From an uncultured Helicobacter sp. (lineage in GTDB: Bacteria; Campylobacterota; Campylobacteria; Campylobacterales; Arcobacteraceae), in assembly GCA_964482285.1 (NCBI GenBank), contig CAYZWZ010000001.1:53521-117520 (forward strand): DNA of 64,000 nucleotides. The letters are read 5' to 3'. The notes beneath the pieces were generated by a model. That model saw nothing but the letters and a program-made list of their open reading frames with translations, ran no database searches and had not been told where the DNA came from. This document shows, in pieces, positions 1-9,839 of this stretch; position 1 is the stretch's first letter, and every line of letters starts with the position of its first letter. The position numbers and the translations under genes are program-made.

Positions 1-551
1 GGAGCTACAACAGTAATTCCTAATCTTCTAGCCTCTAAGATAGCAATTTTTTCTTTAACAGCATCAAGAACAAACATCATATCTGGAAGTTGTTTCATCT
101 CTTTGATTCCACCAAGGTAGTTTTCAAGTTTAACTTCTTTTCTAGAAAGCATTAATTGTTCTTTCTTAGTTAAAAGATCCATTTGACCTTCTTCTCTCAT
201 TTTTTTGATGATTTCAAGTTTTCTGATTGATTTTTTCATTGTTGGGTAGTTTGTTAACATTCCACCTAACCATCTGTGGTTTACATATGGCATACCACAA
301 TCAATAGCAGCTTTTTTAACAGCTTCGCTAGCTTGTTTTTTAGTACCAACAAAAATCATTGTTTTACCTTTAGCAGCTTCATCTCTTACAACATTATATG
401 TGTATCTGAAGTATCTTAAAGTTTTTTGTAAATCAATAATATAAATATTTTTTCTAACACCGAAAATGAATTTTTTCATTTTTGGATTCCATCTTCTTGT
501 TTGGTGTCCGAAGTGAACTCCACACTCTAATAGGTCTTTCATTGTAACCAT
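1..551 (-). CDS. rpsB: 30S ribosomal protein S2, N-terminal part (3' end runs off the window start)
   Basis: Absent from the ORF track because no stop lies in the window. Reverse complement from the ATG at 551..549 reads [44 protein letters not shown]..., a canonical S2 N-terminus, and stays open to position 1. Confidence 0.9.
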   Translation of the reverse strand, partial: MVTMKDLLECGVHFGHQTRRWNPKMKKFIFGVRKNIYIIDLQKTLRYFRYTYNVVRDEAAKGKTMIFVGTKKQASEAVKKAAIDCGMPYVNHRWLGGMLTNYPTMKKSIRKLEIIKKMREEGQMDLLTKKEQLMLSRKEVKLENYLGGIKEMKQLPDMMFVLDAVKEKIAILEARRLGITVVA

Positions 552-736
552 AATATTTCCTTCTTCTAGCCGTTTGGCTTATGTTTTAAATTTAGCTTTG
601 TTTTGGATTAATCCACTTCTATAGTCATTCACAAGAGGTAAGTCTTGCAAGCTTTAAAGAATTACTACAGGTTTTATTTTAGAATATAAATTTCTAAAAA
701 GTTCGCAATTATACCTAAATAATATTAAATTTATTC

Positions 737-1939
737 TTATATAGCTTTAACTGTGTAATCGAAGTTTTCTTTTGTTTTTATTTTTACTTTAGAGTATAAC
801 TCTTTATTTTTTATATCTTTTGGTAATTTACCACTTTTAGCAACTTTTATAAATTGTTCTTTTAAGTTTTTTGAATATTTTAAGAACTCTTTTTTTGTTT
901 TACCTTTTAGTGTATCTTTTGCATATGTTATTACTCTTCTTGGATTTACAGCTCTTCCATTTTTATATAAACCAAAATGTAAGTGTGGTCCAGTACTTCT
1001 TCCTGAAGTTCCTACATATCCTATTAATTGACCTTGTCTAACTCTAGAGCCTCTTTTCAATCCACCTTTAAATCTTGATTGATGTGCATAAAGTGATTTG
1101 TATCCACCTTTATGTTTAATCTCAATAGTGTTACCATATCCACCTTTTCTACCTCTAAATGTTATAATACCATCTGCTGTTGCTTTGATTGCTCGTCCAG
1201 TTGGAGCTGCATAATCAACACCTAAATGTGCTCTATATTTATGTAAAATTGGATGCCATCTTTTATATGTAAAATAACTTGATATTCTTGTATATCTAAG
1301 TGGTACTTTAAAAAATACACTACTTAAACTTTTACCCTCTTTATCATAATATCTTCCATCTTTTGGATTTTTATATATTAGTTTGTAATGTTTACCTTTT
1401 TTTATACCTGCAGCTAAAATATCTGGAACACCATAATAGTTTCCAAATCTAACTTTTTGAACATATTTTATATATAACTCATCATTTTTGTGTAATCTTC
1501 TGAAATCAAATATTTTATTAAAGTTTCTTACAAACTCTTTTGCTAAAGCATGATTATGAGTATAATGAACAATATCATTATATGGTGATGTTGCAATCTT
1601 TACAGCTAAAACATCAGTAAACTCTTTATATTTAATAGCTACAATTTCTAATTCATATTTCTGTTTTGTTTTATATATATGTATTTGAATATCTTCACTA
1701 ATAGGTATTAAAATATCTTCTAATACTCCATTATTATAAGCTTCAGTATATTCTTGACCTGCTTTTAATTCGCTACATAATTCTTTGTCAGTTTTTGATA
1801 GATTAAAGTATATATCTTTTGAGATACTATGTTGACCCAAAAAAGATATAAATGAGATTCCATTTGGCCATTTAAGAGTTTTGATCTCTTTTGAAAATGC
1901 TAATGTACATAAAACAATAAAAGCTAGTAATATTTTCAA
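737..1939 (-). CDS. M23-family peptidoglycan metalloendopeptidase (secreted)
   Basis: Signal peptide. HxxxD motif (HLGVDYAAPTG) and HxH motif (GPHLHFGLY) typical of LytM/M23 peptidases. Confidence 0.85.
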   Translation of the reverse strand: MKILLAFIVLCTLAFSKEIKTLKWPNGISFISFLGQHSISKDIYFNLSKTDKELCSELKAGQEYTEAYNNGVLEDILIPISEDIQIHIYKTKQKYELEIVAIKYKEFTDVLAVKIATSPYNDIVHYTHNHALAKEFVRNFNKIFDFRRLHKNDELYIKYVQKVRFGNYYGVPDILAAGIKKGKHYKLIYKNPKDGRYYDKEGKSLSSVFFKVPLRYTRISSYFTYKRWHPILHKYRAHLGVDYAAPTGRAIKATADGIITFRGRKGGYGNTIEIKHKGGYKSLYAHQSRFKGGLKRGSRVRQGQLIGYVGTSGRSTGPHLHFGLYKNGRAVNPRRVITYAKDTLKGKTKKEFLKYSKNLKEQFIKVAKSGKLPKDIKNKELYSKVKIKTKENFDYTVKAI

Positions 1940-2005
1940 ATCTTCATCTTTATATTAAATTTTTAAGCTATAATGGTACTAAAATTAATATAAAGAAGTA
2001 ATAAA

Positions 2006-2962
2006 ATGAATAAAATAATATTTTCTTTTTTTCTATTAGTTAGCTTTACTTTTGCTAATGTAAATTTAATTGATACATACAGAGAATATGGTATTAATGA
2101 AGTTGAAAAAATAATAAATAATAAACTTACAAATAAAAAATATTGGGAACAAATATTAAAAGATAAAAATATCCAAAATGGTTATTATGAATCTCTAAAT
2201 TATGTAGTACTATGTAATAAAAATAATAAAGATATCAAAGTATATAATACTAAAAATAATAAACTTTTGTATTCATCAAAAGTAATTATTGGTAAAAACT
2301 CTGGAAATAAAATAAAAGAGGGAGATTTAAAAACTCCAATTGGAGTATACAAACTTATAGAAAAACTTGATAAACTTGATCCTTTTTATGGGCCATTTGC
2401 ATTAGAGAGTGATTATCCAAATAATTTTGATAGATCTTTAAATAAAACTGGACATGGTATTTGGATACATGGTGTACCTTATAATGAAAAAAGAGATCCA
2501 TATACAAAAGGTTGTATAGCTTTAGATAATAAAAATTTAAAAAAACTTGACTCATCTATAAAAATAAAAGATTCTATTTTAATAATTAGTGAAAAAGACA
2601 ATTTAAAAACTACTAAAAGTGATATTGCTATTATCTTAAGTAGTATTTATAAATGGAGAGATTCATGGAAATATAGTGATTTTAAAACTTATTCATCTTT
2701 TTATTCAAAAGAGTTTAAAAGAAAAAATAGATCTACTTTAGATAAATTTTTAGCTCATAAAAAAAGACTTTTTGATAAAAAAGAGAAAAAGATTATTAGG
2801 TTTAGCAATATAAATATTATACCATATCCAAATGATCTAAATAAAAATATATATCAAATAACTATGGATGAATATTATAAAACTACTACTTATAAATATG
2901 TAGGTAAAAAAGAACTTTTTGTTGAAATAATAAATAATAAAATAAAAATATTAACTGAATAA
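2006..2962 (+). CDS. YkuD-fold L,D-transpeptidase/carboxypeptidase with C-terminal NTF2-like extension (Csd6/Pgp2-like architecture)
   Basis: Signal peptide. Catalytic His...Cys segment GIWIHGVPYNEKRDPYTKGCIALDN. About 110 aa C-terminal extension. Divergent from the M23 peptidase. Confidence 0.7.
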   Translation: MNKIIFSFFLLVSFTFANVNLIDTYREYGINEVEKIINNKLTNKKYWEQILKDKNIQNGYYESLNYVVLCNKNNKDIKVYNTKNNKLLYSSKVIIGKNSGNKIKEGDLKTPIGVYKLIEKLDKLDPFYGPFALESDYPNNFDRSLNKTGHGIWIHGVPYNEKRDPYTKGCIALDNKNLKKLDSSIKIKDSILIISEKDNLKTTKSDIAIILSSIYKWRDSWKYSDFKTYSSFYSKEFKRKNRSTLDKFLAHKKRLFDKKEKKIIRFSNINIIPYPNDLNKNIYQITMDEYYKTTTYKYVGKKELFVEIINNKIKILTE

Positions 2963-2972
2963 TATTTTTATT

Positions 2973-3431
2973 TTATATTTTAAGAGTAAGTGATATCTCA
3001 TCACATATAGGAAAATGCTTACACTTAATACAATCTGCCCATATTTTTGTATCTGGGATACTAGCTTTTTCTATAACTTCAAAACCAAATTTTTCAAATA
3101 AAGCTTGCTTATATGTAAGTACTAGTAACTCTTGAAGTTCTAAATTTTTACCTTCATCTATACAGTTTTGAATAAGTTTTTTACCTATTCCTTTACCTCT
3201 ATAACTATCTCTTACAACCAGTGATCTAATCTCTGCTAAAGTTATAGAATGAATATGTAATGCAACAAAACCAACTAATAAATCGCCATCATATACAACA
3301 GTATATGATCTAATAGTTGTAGCCATCTCCGATTCATTTCTTACTAATATATTTCCATTTTCTACATCTTGTAATACAAGCTCTTGCATCTGCTTTATGT
3401 GTTTAAGTGTAGGTTTAAAATAGTTTAACAT
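2973..3431 (-). CDS. GNAT-family N-acetyltransferase
   Basis: Acetyl-CoA binding motif VRDSYRGKGIGKKLI; about 150 aa, the usual GNAT size. Confidence 0.75.
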   Translation of the reverse strand: MLNYFKPTLKHIKQMQELVLQDVENGNILVRNESEMATTIRSYTVVYDGDLLVGFVALHIHSITLAEIRSLVVRDSYRGKGIGKKLIQNCIDEGKNLELQELLVLTYKQALFEKFGFEVIEKASIPDTKIWADCIKCKHFPICDEISLTLKI

Positions 3432-4060
3432 AATGCCTCTAAGTCATCTGGTATTACAGGCTCTGAAAAGATATAATCACTTATTGCTTTTTCAAGATTA
3501 TTTATACCTCTATTTTTTAAATTTGATATAAAAATACCATCAGGGTTTGCACGTCTAAGTTTTGCTAAATCTGCTTGTTTTAGTTTATCTGTTTTTGTAA
3601 AAGCATTTATTATGATTTGATCACCTCTTTTTATATGCTGTAAAAAATCATCAACACTTTTATCTATATCAAGGTTTGGATGTCTAGCATCAATTAAATG
3701 TACAAAAATTTGTAAAGATGGTCTTTTTTCTAAAAACTCTGTTAAGTTTCTATGCCACTCTTTTTTTAATGATTTTGATACTTTTGCATATCCAAAACCA
3801 GGCAGATCCACAAATCTTGCAAATCTATCTTCTTGATCTTCCTCTTTACTTTTAAATCTTATATCAAAATAGTTTATAAGTTGAGTTTTACCTGGTGTTG
3901 AAGATGACTTTGCTAATGATTTTCTTTTTGTAAGAGAGTTTAATAAAGATGATTTACCTACATTACTTCGTCCTAAAAAGGCTATCTCTGCTACATCTGG
4001 ACTTGGTGAGTCCTCTATACTTTGTGCTGATGTTAAAAATTTTGCTTCTACTATTATCAT
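3425..4060 (-). CDS. engB: Ribosome biogenesis GTP-binding protein YihA/EngB
   Basis: P-loop FLGRSNVGKSSLLNSL, DLPGFGYA (G3) and TKTDK (G4) motifs. Confidence 0.9.
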   Translation of the reverse strand: MIIVEAKFLTSAQSIEDSPSPDVAEIAFLGRSNVGKSSLLNSLTKRKSLAKSSSTPGKTQLINYFDIRFKSKEEDQEDRFARFVDLPGFGYAKVSKSLKKEWHRNLTEFLEKRPSLQIFVHLIDARHPNLDIDKSVDDFLQHIKRGDQIIINAFTKTDKLKQADLAKLRRANPDGIFISNLKNRGINNLEKAISDYIFSEPVIPDDLEALC

Positions 4061-4069
4061 TTAACTAAC

Positions 4070-4549
4070 CTATTCCTTACTTTGTATTGTAAATTTAAAT
4101 TTTACAGGTTTCTCTTTTGTTCCATCTATTTTAGTAAATCCATTTTTACCATCAAAATATATATCTTCACCTTGTATAATTTTTTTGTTTATCTTATCTT
4201 CAAGATACCCATTTCCTGTTATTTGATATAAATCTTTATTTAGATCAAATTTAACAATATCACCTCTACCTATAAAATATCCATCTTTGTTTTTAAATGT
4301 AAATTTTACATTTCCAATTGCTTTATATGATACTATATCAGTATTGTTTGTTTTTTTATTTTTTGCTGTTTTTATTGTAATTTCATCACAGTATAGTGTA
4401 TCTTTTCCTTTTATCATAGATACATTACCCTTAAAAAATACAATATTTTTAGCCTCATCTGAGTGAAATGATTGTGCTTGAATATCAACATCAACTGTTT
4501 TTGAAAAAACAGTACAAGCAATAATTATACTTAATAATATATATTTCAT
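4070..4549 (-). CDS. lptA: LPS transport periplasmic protein LptA (OstA-like)
   Basis: Signal peptide and OstA-like beta-rich sequence. Conserved kdsC-lptC-lptA order. Confidence 0.65.
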   Translation of the reverse strand: MKYILLSIIIACTVFSKTVDVDIQAQSFHSDEAKNIVFFKGNVSMIKGKDTLYCDEITIKTAKNKKTNNTDIVSYKAIGNVKFTFKNKDGYFIGRGDIVKFDLNKDLYQITGNGYLEDKINKKIIQGEDIYFDGKNGFTKIDGTKEKPVKFKFTIQSKE

Positions 4550-5070
4550 TATATTTCCCTTTTTATGTTCATATGAACTTTTTTTGCTTTGATGATATTA
4601 TATCTATTATCATAAAATAGATCATTCCCTAATATTGTATTATTATTATATTTTAATTCAAATGGTTTGTTATTTGATAATATACTTGAAGCTTTATCAT
4701 ACTTTATAAAATCACTACGTAATGAGACTTTATTTTTTGTATTAATCTTTATATCAACATTTGAATATAATTTGTAAATATCATTTTCTTTTAAAATATA
4801 TTGCGCACTCATAATATCAGTATTATTATACTTATTTTTTATTAAAACTGTTGCATCATAAAGTTCATCTTTATTTTTGTAATTTTTCATTTGAGATGAC
4901 TTTACCATTTTTTTTACCTCTTTATTATCAAGTAGGTAAAATGTAGAATCGTTAAATGTTACAAGTGGTATATTTTTATGTTCTATTTTTTTTATAACAA
5001 CTTCTTGATTAATATTTGTTATAAATATCGATGCAATTATTAAGATCAATACAAAAGAATTTATACCCAT
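4549..5070 (-). CDS. lptC: LPS export protein LptC (membrane anchored)
   Basis: N-terminal TM anchor, about 170 aa. Position between kdsC and lptA, with a 1-nt stop/start overlap with lptA. Confidence 0.55.
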   Translation of the reverse strand: MGINSFVLILIIASIFITNINQEVVIKKIEHKNIPLVTFNDSTFYLLDNKEVKKMVKSSQMKNYKNKDELYDATVLIKNKYNNTDIMSAQYILKENDIYKLYSNVDIKINTKNKVSLRSDFIKYDKASSILSNNKPFELKYNNNTILGNDLFYDNRYNIIKAKKVHMNIKREI

Positions 5071-5555
5071 AAGCTTTTAAGATCATCCATATCATTATAT
5101 TTAAGTATATATTCTATCATCTCTCGTGCAGCACCTTTTCCACCTTTTGATGTGCAAATAATATTTGATATATCTTTAATATCATCTACTGCATCACTTG
5201 GACAAAATGATAATTTTGCTTTTTTTAACATCTTATAATCATTTAAATCATCACCAATACAAGCTACATTTGACCATGTGATATTTAATTCTTTTAATAT
5301 TTGTTCTATTACTTCATCTTTATTATGGATACCTTGATGTAGATGTTGTATCCCTAATTCATCTGCTCTTTTTTTTACAATATTACTTGTTCTTCCTGTT
5401 ATAATTGCTACTTGTTTATTAAATTTTTTTGTCCAAGAAGCAATTGCCATTCCATCTTTTACATCAAATGATTTTGTTTCAACTGAATTAGCATCATAAG
5501 TAATAGCACCAGATGTTAAGGTACCATCAACATCAAATATTAATAGCTCTATCAT
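5061..5555 (-). CDS. kdsC: KDO 8-phosphate phosphatase (HAD-IIIA)
   Basis: FDVDGTLTSG HAD motif I and GDDLNDY motif. About 164 aa, adjacent to lptC/lptA. Confidence 0.8.
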   Translation of the reverse strand: MIELLIFDVDGTLTSGAITYDANSVETKSFDVKDGMAIASWTKKFNKQVAIITGRTSNIVKKRADELGIQHLHQGIHNKDEVIEQILKELNITWSNVACIGDDLNDYKMLKKAKLSFCPSDAVDDIKDISNIICTSKGGKGAAREMIEYILKYNDMDDLKSLWV

Positions 5556-6127
5556 TATAAAATACCTTTTGTACTTGGTATTCCTATTTTTTTATTTTGA
5601 ACTAATGCTCGTCTTAAAGCTACTGCAAAAGCTTTAAATGTTGCTTCAATTATATGGTGTTTATTTGTTCCTCTATCATATATTAAATGACAAGTGATTC
5701 CTGCATTTAATGTTAAAGCATGGAAAAACTCTTCTACAAGTTCAACATCAAAGTTTCCAACTTTTCCAAATATATTAAATTCATATACTAAATATGGACG
5801 GTTTGATAAATCTAATGCACAAGTTGTAGAAGCTTCATCCATTACTACAGTTGCATTACCATAACGCTCTACCTCTTTTATTGGAAATATCTCTTTTTTA
5901 AGAGCTTGTCCTATTACAATACCACAATCTTCAACACTATGGTGATCATCTATATGAGTATCTCCATTACAAGTTATATCAATAGCAATTCCACTATGTT
6001 TTGATAATGCATCTAACATATGATCTAAAAAACCAACTCCCGTATCAATTTTTGTTTGGATAGTTTTATCTAAATCAATAGTACATTTTATTTGTGTTTC
6101 TTTTGTATCTCTAATTATTTCAGTCAT
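5555..6127 (-). CDS. hisB: Imidazoleglycerol-phosphate dehydratase
   Basis: RDTKETQI, GFLDHML and HHxxE motifs typical of IGPD. Confidence 0.9.
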   Translation of the reverse strand: MTEIIRDTKETQIKCTIDLDKTIQTKIDTGVGFLDHMLDALSKHSGIAIDITCNGDTHIDDHHSVEDCGIVIGQALKKEIFPIKEVERYGNATVVMDEASTTCALDLSNRPYLVYEFNIFGKVGNFDVELVEEFFHALTLNAGITCHLIYDRGTNKHHIIEATFKAFAVALRRALVQNKKIGIPSTKGIL

Positions 6128-6142
6128 TGTTTATCTCCATAT

Positions 6143-6967
6143 CTATTGAGCTATGATTATAGCATCTTTAATATCATTGTTATTTCTAAATTTATCTGCT
6201 TCAATTTCAGATTTAAAACCTGTAATTAAAACTTTATATATTTGCTTGCCATTTGATATACTTTGTTGTACTTTTGCTTTATAAGGTATACCTAATATAA
6301 TATCATAATTTTCTTTTTGTGTAAATGCACTATTTTTATTTCCATATGCACCAACTTGTAATAAATAATTATTTTCAATTTGTAAATTTTTATGTTTTTG
6401 AATTTTACTATCTTCTTCTTTAGTTAAAATCTTACCATCTTTTCCAACAACAGTTAATAGTACATTAGCAGTTCCATTTCCTACCATATCTATATCGTGA
6501 GCAGCTTTGTTTGAGAGATCTATAATTCTTCCTTTTACAAAAGGACCTCTATCGTTTATTCTAACTATTGTTGATAATCCATTATCTTTATTATATACTT
6601 TTACCATTGTATTCATAGGTAGTGTTTTTGAAGCTGCTGTTTGAGCATACATATTGTATGTTTCACCATTTGATGTTTTTTTAGCATGAAAATCTGGACC
6701 ATACCAAGATGCTCTACCTTCAAATTGCTCACCTATGTAAGTTGCTTGTGGATAATATCTTTTACCCAAAACATAATAAGATCTCATAGTGGCTCTATGC
6801 ATAGCTTTTGAATTTCTTATTTTTTCTTTTTTAATATTTTTATATTTTATAGGATATATTTTATTATATTTTTTCTTATATGTAGGATGGTTATTTTTTT
6901 TAGAAGAACATCCTACTAATAAAAATAATGCAAATGAAATAATAATTATTTTATTTAAAACTAACAA
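6143..6967 (-). CDS. rlpA: Septal ring lytic transglycosylase RlpA (lipoprotein, DPBB + SPOR domains)
   Basis: Lipobox LLVGC. DPBB core GRASWYGPDFHAKKTSNGETY...RINDRGPF. C-terminal SPOR-like YLLQVGAY...YKVLITGF. Confidence 0.85.
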   Translation of the reverse strand: MLVLNKIIIISFALFLLVGCSSKKNNHPTYKKKYNKIYPIKYKNIKKEKIRNSKAMHRATMRSYYVLGKRYYPQATYIGEQFEGRASWYGPDFHAKKTSNGETYNMYAQTAASKTLPMNTMVKVYNKDNGLSTIVRINDRGPFVKGRIIDLSNKAAHDIDMVGNGTANVLLTVVGKDGKILTKEEDSKIQKHKNLQIENNYLLQVGAYGNKNSAFTQKENYDIILGIPYKAKVQQSISNGKQIYKVLITGFKSEIEADKFRNNNDIKDAIIIAQ

Positions 6968-8327
6968 CTATTTTATCTCCCACATGTAAATATTTATTTG
7001 TATTATATTTTTTTAACTTCTTTAGCGGTACTTTAAACTTTCTTGCTATTTTATATAAACTATCCCCTGCTTTTACAATATAAACTTTTGGTTTTTTATA
7101 TGTATCTGGATCAACAGGTATTAATAATCTTTGTCTTATTCTTAATCTATTTGATTTTAGATTATTAAAATCTTTAATAATTTTAACTCTTGTTCCATAT
7201 AATGCAGCAATATGACTAAGTGTATCACCAGATTTTACTTTATGAGTTAAAAATTCATTTCTCTTTAAACCTTTAATTTTAGATTTGAATAATGAAAGTT
7301 TTTCATAAGGTATATATATAGTAGTTTTTTCTTTTTTTAATGGGATAATAGTTCTTAAAATATGTGGATTTAAATATATTAAATCTTTTTTAGGCATATC
7401 TATAGCCTTAGCTATAGTTTTAAGTAACAATCCACCTTTTGTTTTTACATCAACTATTGATGAACTATATCCAGTATTTGAAAGATGATGATTTTTATTT
7501 TTACTAAGTTCATTACTATTTCCCATCATAGCTAAAGAGATTATTTTTTTAATATAGTTTCTACTCTCTTTTGGTATATATTGTCTATCTAAGTTATCTT
7601 GCACTATTAATAGTTGATTAATATTTGGTTCATAGTTCCAAGTTAGAGTTTTTTTATATACCTTGTGTAAAGATTGGTATCCAACTCTTCGTTCTTGGTA
7701 TAATTTAATTGTATGTCTATATTCTCTTATTTTTGGATCTTTTTTACAATTACCATTATCTTTACAATACATATCTAAAGATGCTCTTGTTAATCCTTCA
7801 ATTACTCTAGCCTCTCCACAATTATATGCTAAAGCTGCTAGATACCATTTACCTAACATTCTATGTAAAGTATTTAAATATTTTGCTGCAGCATTAGTTG
7901 ATTTTACTATATCCATTCTCTCATCAATGTAATAATCCATTTTAAGACCATATTTTTTTGCAGTTACTGGCATAAATTGCCAAATACCAACTGCTTTCAT
8001 ATATGATTTTGCTTTTAATTGAAAATTTGATTCAGCCATTGCCATATACATAAAAGATGCTGGTATATTATTTTGAACTAATGTTTTTTTAATTAATGGT
8101 ATAAATACTTGAGCATTTTGAAGTTTTTTTGTATAAGTTCTTGCATACCTTTTATTAAAAGTATTATAATAATCTTGAAATTCTTCATTGGTAATATAAG
8201 AGCTTTTTAGATCAAGCTCTTGAAGTATCTTTAAGTCATCATTATAGCTAGTAAAAGTATCATCTATACTTGAAGCTTTTAATATACTAACAAAAATAAA
8301 TATATATATATATAATAATTTTTTCAA
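6951..8327 (-). CDS. Membrane-bound lytic murein transglycosylase (SLT domain + two LysM), MltD-like
   Basis: SLT motif AMAESNFQ...GIWQFMPVTA. Two LysM repeats (HKVKSGDTLSHIA..., YIVKAGDSLYKIA...). Confidence 0.8.
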   Translation of the reverse strand: MKKLLYIYIFIFVSILKASSIDDTFTSYNDDLKILQELDLKSSYITNEEFQDYYNTFNKRYARTYTKKLQNAQVFIPLIKKTLVQNNIPASFMYMAMAESNFQLKAKSYMKAVGIWQFMPVTAKKYGLKMDYYIDERMDIVKSTNAAAKYLNTLHRMLGKWYLAALAYNCGEARVIEGLTRASLDMYCKDNGNCKKDPKIREYRHTIKLYQERRVGYQSLHKVYKKTLTWNYEPNINQLLIVQDNLDRQYIPKESRNYIKKIISLAMMGNSNELSKNKNHHLSNTGYSSSIVDVKTKGGLLLKTIAKAIDMPKKDLIYLNPHILRTIIPLKKEKTTIYIPYEKLSLFKSKIKGLKRNEFLTHKVKSGDTLSHIAALYGTRVKIIKDFNNLKSNRLRIRQRLLIPVDPDTYKKPKVYIVKAGDSLYKIARKFKVPLKKLKKYNTNKYLHVGDKIVVSFK

Positions 8328-8335
8328 GTTAAATC

Positions 8336-9580
8336 TTATAGATATTTTTGTAGTACTTTAGGTATATTAATAGTACCATCTTCATTTTGATGATTTTCTA
8401 TAATAGCCACAAGTGTTCTTCCAACAGCCAAAGATGAACCATTTAAAGTATGACAAAGTACATTTTTTTTGCCATCTTTATATCTTATTTTTGCTCGTCT
8501 ACTTTGGAAATCAAGTGTATTTGAAATAGATGATATCTCTCTATATTTACCTTGTCCTGGTAACCATACTTCTAAATCTGTAGTATAAGATGCACTAAAT
8601 CCTAAATCACCAGTACAAAGTTGTACTTTTTGGTGAGGAAGTTCTAGTGATGTAAGTATATCACTTGCACATTGAACCATTTTATCAAAGATCTCTTTTG
8701 ATTGTTCAGGTTTTGTAATTGCTACAAGTTCAACTTTATCAAATTGGTGTTGTCTTATCATCCCTCTTGTATCTCTTCCTGCACTTCCTGCTTCTTTTCT
8801 AAAACATGGTGTATATGATGTAAGTAATAAAGGTAACTCTTTTTCATCAACAATTTCATCATTGTAAAGATTTGTTAGTTGAACCTCTGCAGTTGGTATA
8901 AGATACAGATCTTCACCCTCTATTTTAAATAGATCATCTTCAAATTTTGGTAACTGTCCTGTACCTTTTAATGTGTTAGAATTTGCCATAAATGGTACAT
9001 ACCATTCATCAAATCCTCTACTTCTATTAAAATCTAAAAAGTAATTTGTTAATGCTCTTTCTAATCTTGCACCTAATCCACTAAGAGCTGCAAATCTACT
9101 TTTAGCTAATTTTACACCTCTTTCAAAATCAATAATACCAGTACTTTGTCCAATATCCCAATGCTCTTTTGGTGTAAAGTTAAACTCTTTTGGTGTACCT
9201 ATTTTTTCAATTACAATATTATCATCTTCACTCTCTCCAAGTGGAACATCATCATGTGGTAAGTTTGGAATTCCTGCAAGTATATTATTTATTTTTTCTT
9301 CACTAGCTCTTACTTCTTCCTCTAAGGCTTGTTTTTTCTTTTTTAATTCACCAATAGATTTTTGTAATTCACTTATATCCTTACCCTCTTTTTTGTATGT
9401 ACCAAACTGAGATGATAAAGCATTTTGTTCAGCTTGAATAGCTTCCATACTTTGTCTTTTTACTTTTGTAGTAAGGATATCCTCTTTTAAACTATCAAGT
9501 AACTCTTTTGAAACTTTCTTTTTTGTTAAAGCATTTGCAACTGCATCAAAATCTTTTTGTAATAATTTTATATCTATCAT
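8336..9580 (-). CDS. serS: Seryl-tRNA synthetase
   Basis: Coiled-coil N-terminal arm and class II motifs ([37 protein letters not shown]). Confidence 0.95.
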   Translation of the reverse strand: MIDIKLLQKDFDAVANALTKKKVSKELLDSLKEDILTTKVKRQSMEAIQAEQNALSSQFGTYKKEGKDISELQKSIGELKKKKQALEEEVRASEEKINNILAGIPNLPHDDVPLGESEDDNIVIEKIGTPKEFNFTPKEHWDIGQSTGIIDFERGVKLAKSRFAALSGLGARLERALTNYFLDFNRSRGFDEWYVPFMANSNTLKGTGQLPKFEDDLFKIEGEDLYLIPTAEVQLTNLYNDEIVDEKELPLLLTSYTPCFRKEAGSAGRDTRGMIRQHQFDKVELVAITKPEQSKEIFDKMVQCASDILTSLELPHQKVQLCTGDLGFSASYTTDLEVWLPGQGKYREISSISNTLDFQSRRAKIRYKDGKKNVLCHTLNGSSLAVGRTLVAIIENHQNEDGTINIPKVLQKYL

Positions 9581-9783
9581 TTATTTATTTCCATTTTTAT
9601 TGTAATATTATTTTGATCTTCTTCATAATGAAATTTATGTTTTAAACAAAAGTTTTTGTTCATATCTTCACACATGATTTTTGCTTCTTTTATAGCTTCT
9701 TGCTTTGAATTAAAACTTTGAACTATATTATATGATAATTTTTTTATACATCCACACTGTTTTTCAATTATTAAATCTACCAA
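9577..9783 (-). CDS. Hypothetical 68-aa Cys-containing protein (TTG start)
   Basis: ORF with AAGGAA Shine-Dalgarno upstream and a 4-nt ATGA overlap with serS. No recognisable motif. Confidence 0.35.
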   Translation of the reverse strand: MVDLIIEKQCGCIKKLSYNIVQSFNSKQEAIKEAKIMCEDMNKNFCLKHKFHYEEDQNNITIKMEINK

Positions 9784-9839
9784 AATATTTCCTTATATTA
9801 TGCGATTATATCTAATTTTTAGTTAATTTCTAAATGAGT

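Noticed and set aside
640-655. Palindrome cttgcaag in the rpsB upstream region as a regulatory hairpin
   Set aside because: It is only an 8-nt loopless palindrome, cannot form a stable hairpin, and is likely chance.
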